A stretch of DNA of 64,000 nt from Narcine bancroftii (lineage: Eukaryota): contig NC_091473.1 of the NCBI RefSeq assembly GCF_036971445.1, positions 205,468,001-205,532,000 on the forward strand, given 5' to 3'. How positions within the stretch are numbered: the first letter of the stretch is position 1; every line of letters begins with the position of its first letter. The position numbers and the translations under genes were made by a program. Below the pieces are notes generated by a model. The model made no database searches. It was not told the origin of the DNA and saw only the letters and a list, made by a program, of their open reading frames with translations. Positions 1 through 11,287 of the stretch are shown piece by piece.

Positions 1-3000
1 CATTTTTCGGGATAGCAGGTTACAATTTAGATTGGATTGGAGAATATGCTGAAATTGTGATGCCACTAAGAAAAATAATGAAGGAAACAGGACACACAGG
101 TATGATAAATCTTTGACAGTGGAATGAGGAGGCAGAAACAGCTTTAACACCATTAAGCATAAATTACAGTTATCTCCAGCCCTCGCCTTTCCTCTTTACG
201 AGAATAATTTTCATCTATATATATCCAACAGGCAGGAAGGCTGTGCTGCCGCAGTACTAATGCAAGAAACAGCAAATAGCATACTACAGTAGAAAATTGG
301 ATGAGATGGCTTAGGCATACCCGCCCTGCTACCAGGCACTGGCTACATTACATTATGTGTATGAAAAAGCATCTGTGGCCGTGGACATCCCTTGATCCTG
401 TAAATCAACCATAAGAAAACAGAGCTGTTGGACAAGGGAAAGTGTGTGCTGACACCAGCCAGGATAGCAGAATTTCAAATTTATTGAAATTTTCAGATAT
501 AACTATGCAGCAGGAGTAACAATGCTAATAATTTCCCGTTTGTTTATGAGGGAGAACACCACGATTGTGTAGGAGAATAATGGTATTTGCTAAATTAAGA
601 GAGGATTTACAGTCACAACCCCTTGGATGATGAAGACAAGAAGGTCTTGTTTGTAGTCGGCTCTTGTTATAGGGATCACAGTTAAAATGAATGCCGGGTT
701 TGCAGTGGTAGAACAGGATCAGTCGAACTTCAATGTAATCAAATTAGGAGGTTTCCTGCAAGCTTGCTCAGCCAAATTGGCAGAAACTAAATCAGCATGA
801 GAAATGATGGAAGGTGGAAATGTTTGTGGCGGCCGTGTAGAGGGCTTTACGGGCGCACAGGGCGGCAACGCGAACTCCAGAACCATAATACGGACCCTGC
901 AAACTCTCCTTATGGACCGCACATGAGAGATTCCGAATGCCGAGGAGCGGCACGTTGAGCTATTGAGTCTCCCGCCAGAAGGCGCGGGTCACTTAACAAG
1001 GCTAAATTTAAACCTGCCGATCCCATGGATCAGCCGCAATCTCATCGTGAGGTCTCGCCTTATCCCGCGGAGCCCGGACATGCAGTATATAAAAGAAGCC
1101 TGTGAACCATGAATAAACCAGTCTTCAGTTGACGAGACTGGCGTGTGTTTTTTTTTGTATTACTTTTCAGTAGCTCTATCGTAGTAGCCGCTGGTTTGAT
1201 ATTTACACAGATTAAGCACATGCCCATTGGTTTCCGTGTTTGTTGTTTGGGACAGTGCGGGTTCAAGAAAAGAAACGGAGACCACATACAGCAGTATCAA
1301 AAAATTTCAGATTTGATTAAAGCATTAACTAATCTAGAGTACTGGCCGTCATTAAATGCCAAGCACATAAGAAAGGAAATGACATGATAACAAAGGGATT
1401 TCAGGCTGCAGCAAAGCAGACAGGAAAGCTTCTCCATGTGAGTTAGCTGTTATTGCATTTCAGGTAAGCCTGGATCTAGAACCCACAAAGGAGAACACAA
1501 TCGTAATGCGGGAATGATAGTGACATTTTTGTCAAATGAAGTAACTCCAAGATTTGGTAAACCTACAGAGATCAGATCGGACACTGCGTCCAAAATGTAG
1601 TTAAACTGGTATTACAAACTCTGAGAATAAAATAGAGGTTTGGATGTGTGTATCATCCCCAGTCACAGTGTATGGTGGAAAGAATTATTGGGACTCTGAC
1701 AGCTAAATTGAACAAGATCTGTGTGAGTACTAGGCTGAATTGGATCGACACATTGCCGCTGGCATTGATGAGTTAACGAATGCTGAAAATTCATATGACA
1801 CATTTTACACCGCCAGATATGCTTACTGACTGACCGAAATGGAGGGCCTCGTATAAAGGGCCAAGCTTGGAACGGCTGGACATGGAACTCAAACAGTACA
1901 TGCAACAGCTAATTATGATACATGTCTATCCATATACACGAAAAACAAAAGGAGCTGAGACTGACCAACAGGAAGGACCTATTAAATCTGGAGGTCAGGT
2001 TTATGTACGGGCTTTCCGCAGGAAGTGAATGAGCCGAGAAGGGAAAGGCCGTTCACGGTAATCAAGGCGTCACCTACTGCTGGCCAAGTAGATGGTTGAG
2101 CTACATGGTACCATCTCAATCACGAGTGCAACCTGATACTGAGCCTGAGTTAAGTGAGACAAAAGAAGGGACGACAGAGGAAGAACAGGAAGATCTGACA
2201 AGTGATACCTCCCCGCAACGGTTCGATTAAGTAGTAAGTGAGGTTTCAGAGCCATCGATGGACCTGTGGAAGTCAGTCTTCTCATGCTCCTGGGTGCGAA
2301 TGTGGTTTGGGGACAACCAATGATGCACCCCACAATGAAAACATGCCTCACCACACATGTGCAGATTTGGAAACCATAAATTTGGCAGACTTGGCCTGGT
2401 AGTATGCCACAGAAATCGAAAGAAATAATCCGGGAGGCAAGGAGCATATTGCCTTACTCCATGCCGTGGTCGCACGCACGTATCAATCATTGATATAAGT
2501 GGGCAAACTTTACCACAAAGACAATGTCTCGACAGAAATGTTATTACTTTTTAAGTGTAACACCAGTACAATATATAGTACCCATGCCATATAATAACTC
2601 AACATGCACTGCATGCCACCTTAAAAGATTGGCACAATGTGGGGGGGGGGGGGCGGGGGGCATGCAGGGAAAAAATCTCCATGTATGGTGCAGGCCTCTC
2701 CCAGGACTGACTGTACACTCGGTACCTGGCGCAACAATAATACCCCGTGGACAACTACCCGTAAAAATAAGATTAAGCCACTCGAGGGCCTGCAGCTAGA
2801 CATGAATTTAAAATTTAAATGCTTCACACACGATGGTAAAATTGCAGTAGGGATTTTTAGTGGCAATTAAATAGACTTTGCGATTCGAGTAGGAGGAGTA
2901 AATTGCTGGAGCCTAGTTTTAAATGACCAAATATCACTCTTGCAGATACTTGGTATTCGTATGGTTTGGAGGGAGGACTGAGACTGATGCTCCCTAAAAG

Positions 3001-3680
3001 ATGGTGAGGTACCGGTAATGAATGATGGTTCTCCTGGAGACAATGGTGTCCCCAGAAATTCAAGTAGATACCCGACACGAACAAACTATGACAAGGAGAA
3101 AAATAGGATAGTATATTGTAGTCATAGGACAATCATACATATCCCAAATCATTTTAAAGCATGGAACGAGATTGCAGGTGGATTTGAGTCAATGCTTTTA
3201 TGGGTAACGCCTGGTAAAATACAGAATGGATCAATTATATTTACTACAATCAGCACAAGTTTATTCATTATACTGATGATGCTCTATCTGCTTTTGTAGA
3301 ACAATTGGATGCGACTAGTAAAAATACATGGCAGAATAGACAGGCCTTAGATTGATGCCAGGAGGAAAAAGGGGGATTATGCGTGCTGTTTGGAGAACAT
3401 TGCTGCATTTATGTACCTAATGAAATGAATCCGGAGGGATAATTTGGTAAGGAAATGAACAAATTAAAAAAATTAAGAAAAGAAGTGAAACCAAATGCAG
3501 TATTTATACATCAGTTTGTTGATTGGTTAGAAGCCCGGCTATGTGGTTGGAGAGCATGGTTTACCAAGATCTTGTTGATTTCTGGCATTGTCATGATATT
3601 CTGTGTACTTTTATAGTGTTGTTCTCTTCCCTTTTTAAAGTCCCTTGTAATGCGAGCAACAGCAATTCACAAAGCTCCCG
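1..3680 (+). mobile_element. Decayed endogenous retrovirus (fish epsilon-like), 3' pol (RT connection, RNase H, integrase) plus env; no 3' LTR visible
   Basis: Broken frames give RNase H motifs (FVvGSCYRD, GFAVV, DIYTD), integrase-like text at ~1500-1900, and an env TM reading ...FKAWNEIAGGFESMLLW..EWINYIYYNQHKFIHYTDDALSAFVEQLDATSKNTWQNRQALD*CQEEKGGLCVLFGEHCCIYVP (CX6CC at ~3379-3407). Many stops and frameshifts. Confidence 0.85.
825..1193 (+). mobile_element. Solo LTR (probably Gypsy-type) nested in the ERV RNase H domain
   Basis: GC-rich insert starting TGTGGCGGC and ending GCCGCTG (imperfect inverted ends), with TATATAAAA at 1086-1094 and AATAAA at 1112-1117. Removing it rejoins the host motif EGGNV|DIYTD. 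Confidence 0.7.
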
Positions 3681-3756
3681 GAAGTGCTGAAGCAATTTTC
3701 CCAGCCTCAGACATGACAAGACAGTTTTCGGTTCAGTGGCCCGGGGTGGGGGTGGG

Positions 3757-3764
3757 GAGAGAGT

Positions 3765-3808
<44 letters not shown>

Positions 3809-3865
3809 GTGAGTTAGAGAAATAAAGAAAGAGAGAGCGAGAGTGAGAGAATGAGAGAGAGAAAG

Positions 3866-3946
<81 letters not shown>
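3757..3946. repeat. (GA)n microsatellite
   Basis: Direct inspection. Confidence 0.95.
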
Positions 3947-4184
3947 CTCTACCCGAGAGAAAAATGTGTCATCAGGCACACGCAAATGAGAAAAGTATGC
4001 CCAGAAAAGTCCTTAGTTGCAAATGGCCTGCAAATCATGAACCGAGGAACCGCCCCCATATTCTCATGTCAAGCAAAGAAGCTGCGCTTGATCGGCGTCC
4101 TGTCACAAGTATCAAATCAATGCTATAAACAGGCTTTTCTGTCTTCCCTATTTGTCTTCCATTTTTGTTTTGGAGGCACCCATC

Positions 4185-4370
4185 ATATCTCCTGTATGGT
4201 TCACGTTGATTAAAATATCTGTGTTTCCTGGTGAGTCACTGCTTAAAGAGATGCTTTGCGTCTCGTAGCTACGGTTCACGGTCTAGCTGACCACGTTTAT
4301 GTTCTCTTTTGCAGTGTCCTTTGGCGACGATTCTATCTTCCATTATGCATTTGAAGTGTCATTGGAATAA
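4185..4370 (+). pseudogene. Truncated TCR V pseudogene (leader plus start of V exon)
   Basis: Leader (ATG>ATA) SPVWFTLIKISVFP-G, donor GTGAGT at 4231, acceptor tttgcag at 4314, then SFGDDSIFHYAFEVSLE*. Promoter, leader and intron are homologous to the V at 36087. The rest is replaced by an old CR1 fragment. Confidence 0.75.
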
Positions 4371-4930
4371 CTATAAGCCTGAACTACAGTTACCAAGCAG
4401 AAAAGGACGCTCACCCAACGCTCTCATAATTATATGTAGAACTAGAGGATCACTTTTAACAGGCCTGCCGTGCAACGAATAATGCAATAACCTCCTCAAA
4501 CTCTCCATACGGGTCAGGCCTCCGAGTCCTGCCAACATGCTGATAAATGTTCTCGTCAACCTATCCAGATTGTTAAATTATTTCCTATTGCATAATGACA
4601 ATGACATCGCAGATTAATCCAAACGAGGCCGCACAAACGAATCGTTCAGCTGCAAGAACATTTTCAAACGTCTATACTCAACACTGTGATGCTGGTGAAG
4701 GTGCGGAGTACCTTTTCCCCCTGGTCTACAATAAATCACAGTCTTTTAAACCATTGGCTGTGTAGATCCTGCCAACGTCAGACCTCTCAAATACGTTTCT
4801 GAATTAAATTCAACACATCATTCAACTGTCCACAAGGCCAACCGATCATGTTTAGGCCACAATCTTTAGCAAACGCCTTTCAAATCTAAAATACCAGACA
4901 CTTCACTGCCATCTGAAAACGTAAATCATC
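4371..4930 (-). mobile_element. Old CR1 LINE 3' fragment (part of the duplicated cassette)
   Basis: ORF 4371-4559 (RTFISMLAGLGGL..ESLRRL..YSL..R) resembles the CR1 ORF2 C-terminus. Similar relics lie at ~14660-15480, ~33790-34560 and ~53270-53520. Confidence 0.7.
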
Positions 4931-4957
4931 TTTGATGTGATTCGTTATAGATGACAA

Positions 4958-6365
4958 ATAGCAAATGTTCAGGGCTTGAGGTTGGTGTACATAGTAAAAT
5001 CTCTGCCCTCCAAACGATAATGGAAGTATTGAACAGACAAATAAATGGCCAAAAGCTCCTTATCAGAACCACTGTATATCTTTTCTTCTTCACGAAGATG
5101 GCGGCTGAAGAATGGTAATGATTTCCATTGCCAGTTGACATATTGATGAAGTGCGTCTCCTACGGCTATACTGGAAGCGTCTTTCGAAAAGGCGGTGGCT
5201 ACATTTAAAACTGGGTAACTGAGCATAGTGAAAGGTATCAGCAAATCTTTTGTCTTTAAAAGGTTTAGTTTCCCTCTTCAGTCCAATGCATGGTCCTGGC
5301 GTTTCCAGAGAGTAAACCAAAAAGGCGTCATGATAAGAGCTACTCCGGGAAGAAATCATCAGTAAAAACTTAACATTCCCAAGAATTTCTGCATTGTTTT
5401 AACCATTATTTGATAACGGCATCAACTTTGGATGGCAGCTTAGCCACTCCTCCCTGAGTAATCCTATGCTCCAATAAATCAATCGTTTCTTGTTTATAAA
5501 CGCATGTATCTGGATTGATGGTCAGTCCAATTTCTTGATGAGCATAAAAAGGATACCAAGATTTTCCAAATGTTGTTACTTAGTCGCGCTCGTCACAAAA
5601 CTATTGTCGAAGTAAATGAAAACATTGGGCATAGCATGTTCTGAAGTATGCATCACCCGTTGGAATAATTGATCAGCATTCTCTAATCCGAATAGCATTC
5701 GTAACAATTCAAACAAGCCAAATCGGGTAATTATTGTTGTTTTACGAATGTCTTCTGTCTCAACCGGTACTTAGTGATACCCACACACCAAGTAGAGTTT
5801 CGAGAATATCTTCCCTTCATGCAAATTAGCCGAGAAATCCTGAAGGTCGAGATATCGCTGCTGTAATAAATGGGTAATTGTAGAGATGATCCTCGAGCAT
5901 GACATTCATCCTCCTCGAGCCAAAGGTGGGAATTTTGAAACTGTTAACTGCTCATAGTTTCTGCTCCGTGGTAGGATGGCCTGTGGCAAAACCAATGGCT
6001 GGAAATATACTAACTTCTCAAACTGTGTCCAGCTGAAATGTTCGGTGGGACAACTGGTCCCATACATAGAATAGGCTTGCAGGTTCACAGCAACCGCCAC
6101 AAACTTACTGGTGGTTGGCCTGGGTGTTTCCTGCAAACTCGCATGGAAGAACACGAAGACCAGGTGTCCAAAGGATGCTTTGCTTTGCTTGCACCTTGCC
6201 TGATGGTAGGGAAGGATGCGCTAAGAACACTAGAGTGTTACACGGGGCCAATATCGAAGGGTCTGGTTGTGTGGACTTGTCTTACTTTGCTGTGCTTTTT
6301 AAATTTTAACGAATCACGAGCATACCCTTCCTTCTTCTTATAGATCTCTATAAATATTGATGTTT
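4958..6365 (-). mobile_element. Decayed Ty3/Gypsy LTR-retrotransposon internal region (gag end, protease, RT, RNase H)
   Basis: ORF 4969-5244 reads DASSIAVGDALHQ..WKSLPFFSRHLREEEKIYSGSDKELLAIYLSVQYFHYRLEGRDFTMYTNLKP, a Gypsy RNase H. RT remnants occur at ~5450-5850. Confidence 0.85.
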
Positions 6366-6639
6366 AAAATTTCCTGTTGTGGTTTTCTTGACACTCTTCT
6401 TTTACCCATATTTTATATTTAGTTTGTCGGGGTTTCGGAAGGGGTGGGAGGATTGATAGGATTTTTTTCCTTTAGCATTTCTTTAATCTAATTTCTCTTT
6501 TAAAAAAATACCACCCGTATTTGGATTATGTTTGAAATATTGTGATATTTTTGCAATGTGGTTTTATTTTAAATGAAGGATATAAAACAGGGATGAAGTG
6601 TTTGAAAGGCTGGTGATGAAGCTTATCAGCGGTGACATT

Positions 6640-7850
6640 GATTCATTTCCATTCGCCTATTGCAGCAACAAGTAAATGGCAGATGCCATATCACTGCCCC
6701 TACATGAAGACCTGGAACACCTGAACAGCAAAGTTGCATATATTAGGATTACCTTTATTGTCCGCATTTTTGCATTTAAGACCATCATGTCCTAAAAACG
6801 GATTTGCAAACTCCACAACTCGGTAGCGAACACCACATTGCTTAATCGGAACATGGATTTCTTTACCTCCATTTCTCAATCAGTGAAGATTGGTAAGAAC
6901 GTCTCCTCCACAATCTCCAACGGTACCAGAGCACCACAGGGATGTGTTGTTATCCCCTGCACTATTCACATAACTCCTATGAATGAGTAGTTGGGTATGA
7001 CATTAACAAAATCTAAACATTTGCCGACGATAGTGGATAGATAAAGAATGGGGATGGAAATTGAAATCTTGGCTGAATGGTGCACTAATATGAAACTTGC
7101 ACAGTGTAACCAAACCTAAGAACTGATTGTTGATGTCAGGAAAGGAAAGCCAGTGGTGGGCAGTCAGGTGATCACTGGGGGAATCAGAGCTGGAGTGGGT
7201 GAGCACATTTAATTTCCTGGGATGCACTATCTCGGAGGATCTTTCCTAGACCTAACACACCATTGGCATCGTGAAGAAATCATGACAGCACTTCTACTTC
7301 CTCAGGAGTTTTCATGGTCTGGTGTGGGATCACCAACACCACTGAGTGTAAAGCTTTCCAAATGGTAGTGGCGACAGGCCAGGAAATCACTGGCAAAACT
7401 CCCCCAACCATTGAATGCATATACAGGGAACGCTGATTTCGGAATGCAGCAGCAATCATTTAAGACCATCACCACATAGCACTTGGACTGCATTCACTAC
7501 TGCCATCATGAAAGTGGTACAAGTGCCACAAAACTCACACCTCGAGGTTCAGGAACGGCTGATACCCATCTACCATCAGAATCCTCTGAACAAAATTCAA
7601 TCAGGGCTGAACCTAAGGACACTTATGTGGGTACTTTATAGATTTTCTTTGCTCTCCCTGTATTGCACATTAGTTTGTTTGCATTAGTTATCATTTGACA
7701 CTTATTTTGATTGTTTATATATTTAAGATGTGTGCCAGGAACTTTTGCTCTACCGTTTAGTGGCAATTCTGCCACACCCTCAGTAAAAATGGAATATGAA
7801 AGTTGATTGTGATGTCATGTATGTAATCTAACAACAAATCTGACATCTGA
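6640..7850 (+). mobile_element. Decayed Rex1/Babar-type LINE (RT 3' half and tail)
   Basis: Remnants read LEHLNSK..YIRITFI, APQGCVVIP, KHLPT (KFADD position), FKFLG-like and RLYFLR-like, followed by an aaatctga-type tail. Confidence 0.7.
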
Positions 7851-7906
7851 ATTCTGTAAGTCGAAAGAGATAAATACTGAGATGCGAAATTGAACTTGAG
7901 TGAATG

Positions 7907-8119
7907 NNNNNNNNNNNNNNNNNNNNNNNNNNNNNNNNNNNNNNNNNNNNNNNNNNNNNNNNNNNNNNNNNNNNNNNNNNNNNNNNNNNNNNNNNNNNNN
8001 NNNNNNNNNNNNNNNNNNNNNNNNNNNNNNNNNNNNNNNNNNNNNNNNNNNNNNNNNNNNNNNNNNNNNNNNNNNNNNNNNNNNNNNNNNNNNNNNNNNN
8101 NNNNNNNNNNNNNNNNNNN
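7907..8119. other. Run of N (gap or masked sequence); others at 17122-17306, 18789-18924, 29045-29188 and 45375-45509
   Basis: N characters, mostly next to microsatellites. Confidence 0.98.
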
Positions 8120-8199
8120 ACATTAACCTGCTCAAAATTTCCTATCTGGAGTGGAAAAGCAGAATGATATTCTCTCGGATCCTTGATCATCCGCTAGTG

Positions 8200-9050
8200 C
8201 TCTAGAAGTTTGTTTGTTCCACTTCCTGTGTCTAAAGGATCGATGGATGTTTCAACTGTACCGATCCACTTAGATTTGCAGTCAAAAGCAGCGGTCGCTC
8301 CTCTTAATGTTGACTCTGTGGCCGCTCACATCAACGATCTTGCTAAGTTATTTTGCTTCGAATGGGAATGCTATCAGATGATTGCTGATAAATTGTCCAT
8401 CCAACCCGCTGTTTTTCAGTTTTTGGTGCAGCAGAGTAGTAGGGTGATTGACTGGTATTTGTGTTGCTGCCTTTGGTTTGGCAGATGTTAATTACACTCA
8501 CCCATGAAATACTATGTGGTGCAGATTTGAGATTACTCCACCTTTCCTATTGCTACCTGCAAGCAGGAATTGTAGAATTGAAGTCATTATAAATATTAAC
8601 ATTGAAGATGAAAATCTCTGCCATACTGCTTTTGTGGAATGGAGCCACCAGGATTGAATGGACTTTGAAGTAATCATAAAATAAGCCTTTAGGTGGAGTA
8701 CAGTCGGTAGCAGCATTGGCGGGCGAAATGGGATAATTGATTCTGGGTGTGCATACCTTCTGTGGCAGGCAGTAAAGTCAAAGATACAAGATACGAAGGT
8801 ACTGATGTACGTTATTATGGTTATGGAGGGGGTTAAAGGCCTTGATCAGGCTGAAAAGCATTAGGCTGCTGGCAATTTGTTTTTGCGTTGGATGTTATGC
8901 GATGGGACTGTATTGAAAGCCAAGTAGGTGCGTATGAAATGCATAATTATAGTCGTCAGTATAGTGGCATCCTATAACGTGGAAGGCATGAGTTTAAGTT
9001 AGATGCTGCCATACTTTAAGAATATGAAATGCTGTTCGTGGAGGTAGGGC
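8200..9050 (-). mobile_element. Highly decayed retroelement RT, possibly Penelope-like
   Basis: Weak minus-strand remnants (ICQTKG near 8480; LLPQK..P near 8770) recall PLE motifs YLQTKG and YLLPKIHK. The match is very degenerate. Confidence 0.35.
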
Positions 9051-10169
9051 TACTTGCAATTTGATTTTTAAACGATTAACGAAGAAGAGTCTAATAAAAT
9101 GATCTTGCTGCTTAAACGATTTCAATACATGAAATAAAAATGTGCTTCATTACATCGTCTCTTGTCTCCGAAATCTTGATCTGTGAAATAAAGAACGAAA
9201 GATAAGGACAAATTAAAATATTTTCTAGCCACAGGGCAGTCATGTCAAAGTTACCTGCGAGGAGAATGTTTCGTGGCATCCTCAAACCGATCGGCAACCT
9301 CTGTGTTGTGTATTTCATATCTTCACATGTGAGTTCAATCTAAACAGAAGTTCCATCTCAAACCTATTACACACTCCTTAAAGCCGAGACATCAAGTCTA
9401 ATGAGCTCATGCTGAATAAGGCGATTATCACTGATTCGGCTATCCATTTCATTGAGAGAACATGGAAACGTTATCGGGATATGACGTGTCTTTACAAAAC
9501 AAAATAATAAAAAAGAGTTCCAACGAGGAACAAATAAACTGCAGCCCCATGGATTTTTATAATGTGAAAAGAGAAAGCGGGGTCACCCGGGGAGTCAGGT
9601 AGCATGCATGGTCACCAAACACATCAGATCATTACTCTTTGCACTGAACCTCTTATTGGTTCCGATCAGTCATTTTCACTGCCCACTGTAATGGACTGAT
9701 GTTGTCTAAACCGTTGAGTTCCTTCAGCTGTGTCTATTTACTCCATAGTTCCCAGGACCGCCCAATAGAGTGCGATCTCGTTCTCGGAGATGCAAGGTAG
9801 AGGCAAGGAGGCTTTGCATCTGCTCCGCTATTCCACATAAAATAGTTGATAACGGACGTCATTTTAATGCTCAACACCAATTATTAAACTCGAATATTAC
9901 ACCCGAGTCCACTACTTTGTTGACGTCATTCTTGCTCATTATAGCCAGATAAATAACCGAAGCCGAAGGACAGTGGTCCAAGTGTTCACAACTCTTCGAG
10001 GTGTCTCCAGATCGAATCGTTGTGTATATTTCTCATCCACCACTTGCTTTCAGGCTTAACAACACGATGTAATATCGACTTAATCATTCACACCAGTGAG
10101 TATTGGAATGTTTCCCCACTCTATCACATTCTGCTTCGTTGCCGGATTGGAAGAAGTAATGTACTTCCT

Positions 10170-10310
10170 ATCTGACTCAACTGGAACTCCATGAAATGGA
10201 GGACAAACAAACTTTGAGTTGATTGGTGAAATGGAGGAACAAATGAGGAACAGGTGGGGGGGAGGGTGAGGAGAGCTTTGTGCTGAGCGGATGTCACACT
10301 GCCAATCACG
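10170..10310 (+). promoter_or_regulatory. Putative promoter of the first intact V gene
   Basis: TGACTCA at 10173-10179, E-box CAGGTG at 10251-10256, a G-rich box, CRE-like GGATGTCA at 10289-10296 and CCAAT at 10302-10306, all 100-240 bp upstream of the leader ATG. Confidence 0.45.
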
Positions 10311-10411
10311 AAAGAGACCAGATCTCACAGCAAGTTTTTTCGTGCATTCAAGTTTTAAAAATTCTGAGTTAGTTCCATTCAGGTCAAATTCACCCGAGAT
10401 GCAACGGAGCT

Positions 10412-11248
10412 ATGTCATCTCTGTCTACTTATTGGCTTCTTACAACAGTTGCTCTTTACACCGGTAAGTTTAGGCATTTCCAATATCCCGCTTTATTCCA
10501 CTACTGCAATGGATATTTAATTAGTGAATTTCATGCATAAACTGAAAGACTGGAAATAAGGAGAAAAATTCAGAATCGTGTATCCAGTTCTTTGTTGAGC
10601 AATGTCCGAGAGGTTAAGAGAATATTCATATCAATTTAAGCAGACTTTCTGCTCTCCTTTGGGAATGGTAACACTAGCACGACACACCTGTCAGGCCGGC
10701 GATTATACACCTGTTCCTAAGACTTACGGTCAACGTGAAGGTGATTAAGGAAAGGATGGATAGTATGGAAAGGCAATTTCATTAATTTCCTCCATGTCGC
10801 TACCTTCTCTTGAAGCGTCATTTCATTTCTATTTTTTTTTTAATCTCAAACGAGTATCGGGGATGGTAGCAGTTCTGGAAAATGTGCGCAGTTAGATGAT
10901 ATTGGTGGAATTGGTAAATTCATGTTCTCCTCGGAATATTTCAGGACATTGTCGAGGCGACGCCGTGTCTCAGACACCAAGTACGATCACAGTGTCTGAA
11001 GGAATGGACGCGAATTTGAACTGCAACTATACAACAAGCAGAAGCACCCCTGGATTAATATGGTACCGTATGTATCGAGGAAGATCACTCGACTTTTTGT
11101 TGATTAAAACGCAATATGAAAGTGGGGGAAAACAAATTCCCGGTGAACGTTTCTCGGCGGAGCTCGATCATTCGAAGGGAATGGTTCCTCTGAAAATTAC
11201 TGCAACGCAGCTGGGAGACGCCGCAATGTATTATTGTGCTCTGAGCCC
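10412..11248 (+). CDS. TRAV: Intact TCR alpha/delta V gene segment (leader exon 10412-10463, intron 10464-10944, V exon 10945-11248)
   Basis: Leader MSSLSTYWLLTTVALYT-G with phase-1 GTAAGT..TTTCAG splice sites. V exon reads HCRG-DAVSQTPSTITVSEGMDANLNCNYTTSRSTPGLIWYRMYRGRSLDFLLIK..RFSAELDHSKGMVPLKITATQLGDAAMYYCALSP, with both Cys and the Trp conserved. An RSS follows. Confidence 0.93.
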
Positions 11249-11287
11249 CACAGAGGTACGGAACTGGGCTGAGACTGTGCAACAACT
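11249..11287 (+). promoter_or_regulatory. 23-bp-spacer recombination signal sequence
   Basis: Heptamer CACAGAG (11249-11255), 23-nt spacer, nonamer GCAACAACT (11279-11287; 6/9 to ACAAAAACC). Confidence 0.85.

Noticed and set aside
2285-3680. Domesticated env (syncytin-like) gene
   Set aside because: It has multiple stops and frameshifts and no intact frame.
10988-10994. Perfect CACAGTG inside FR1 of the first intact V
   Set aside because: No nonamer at 12 or 23 nt; explained by Ile-Thr-Val codons.
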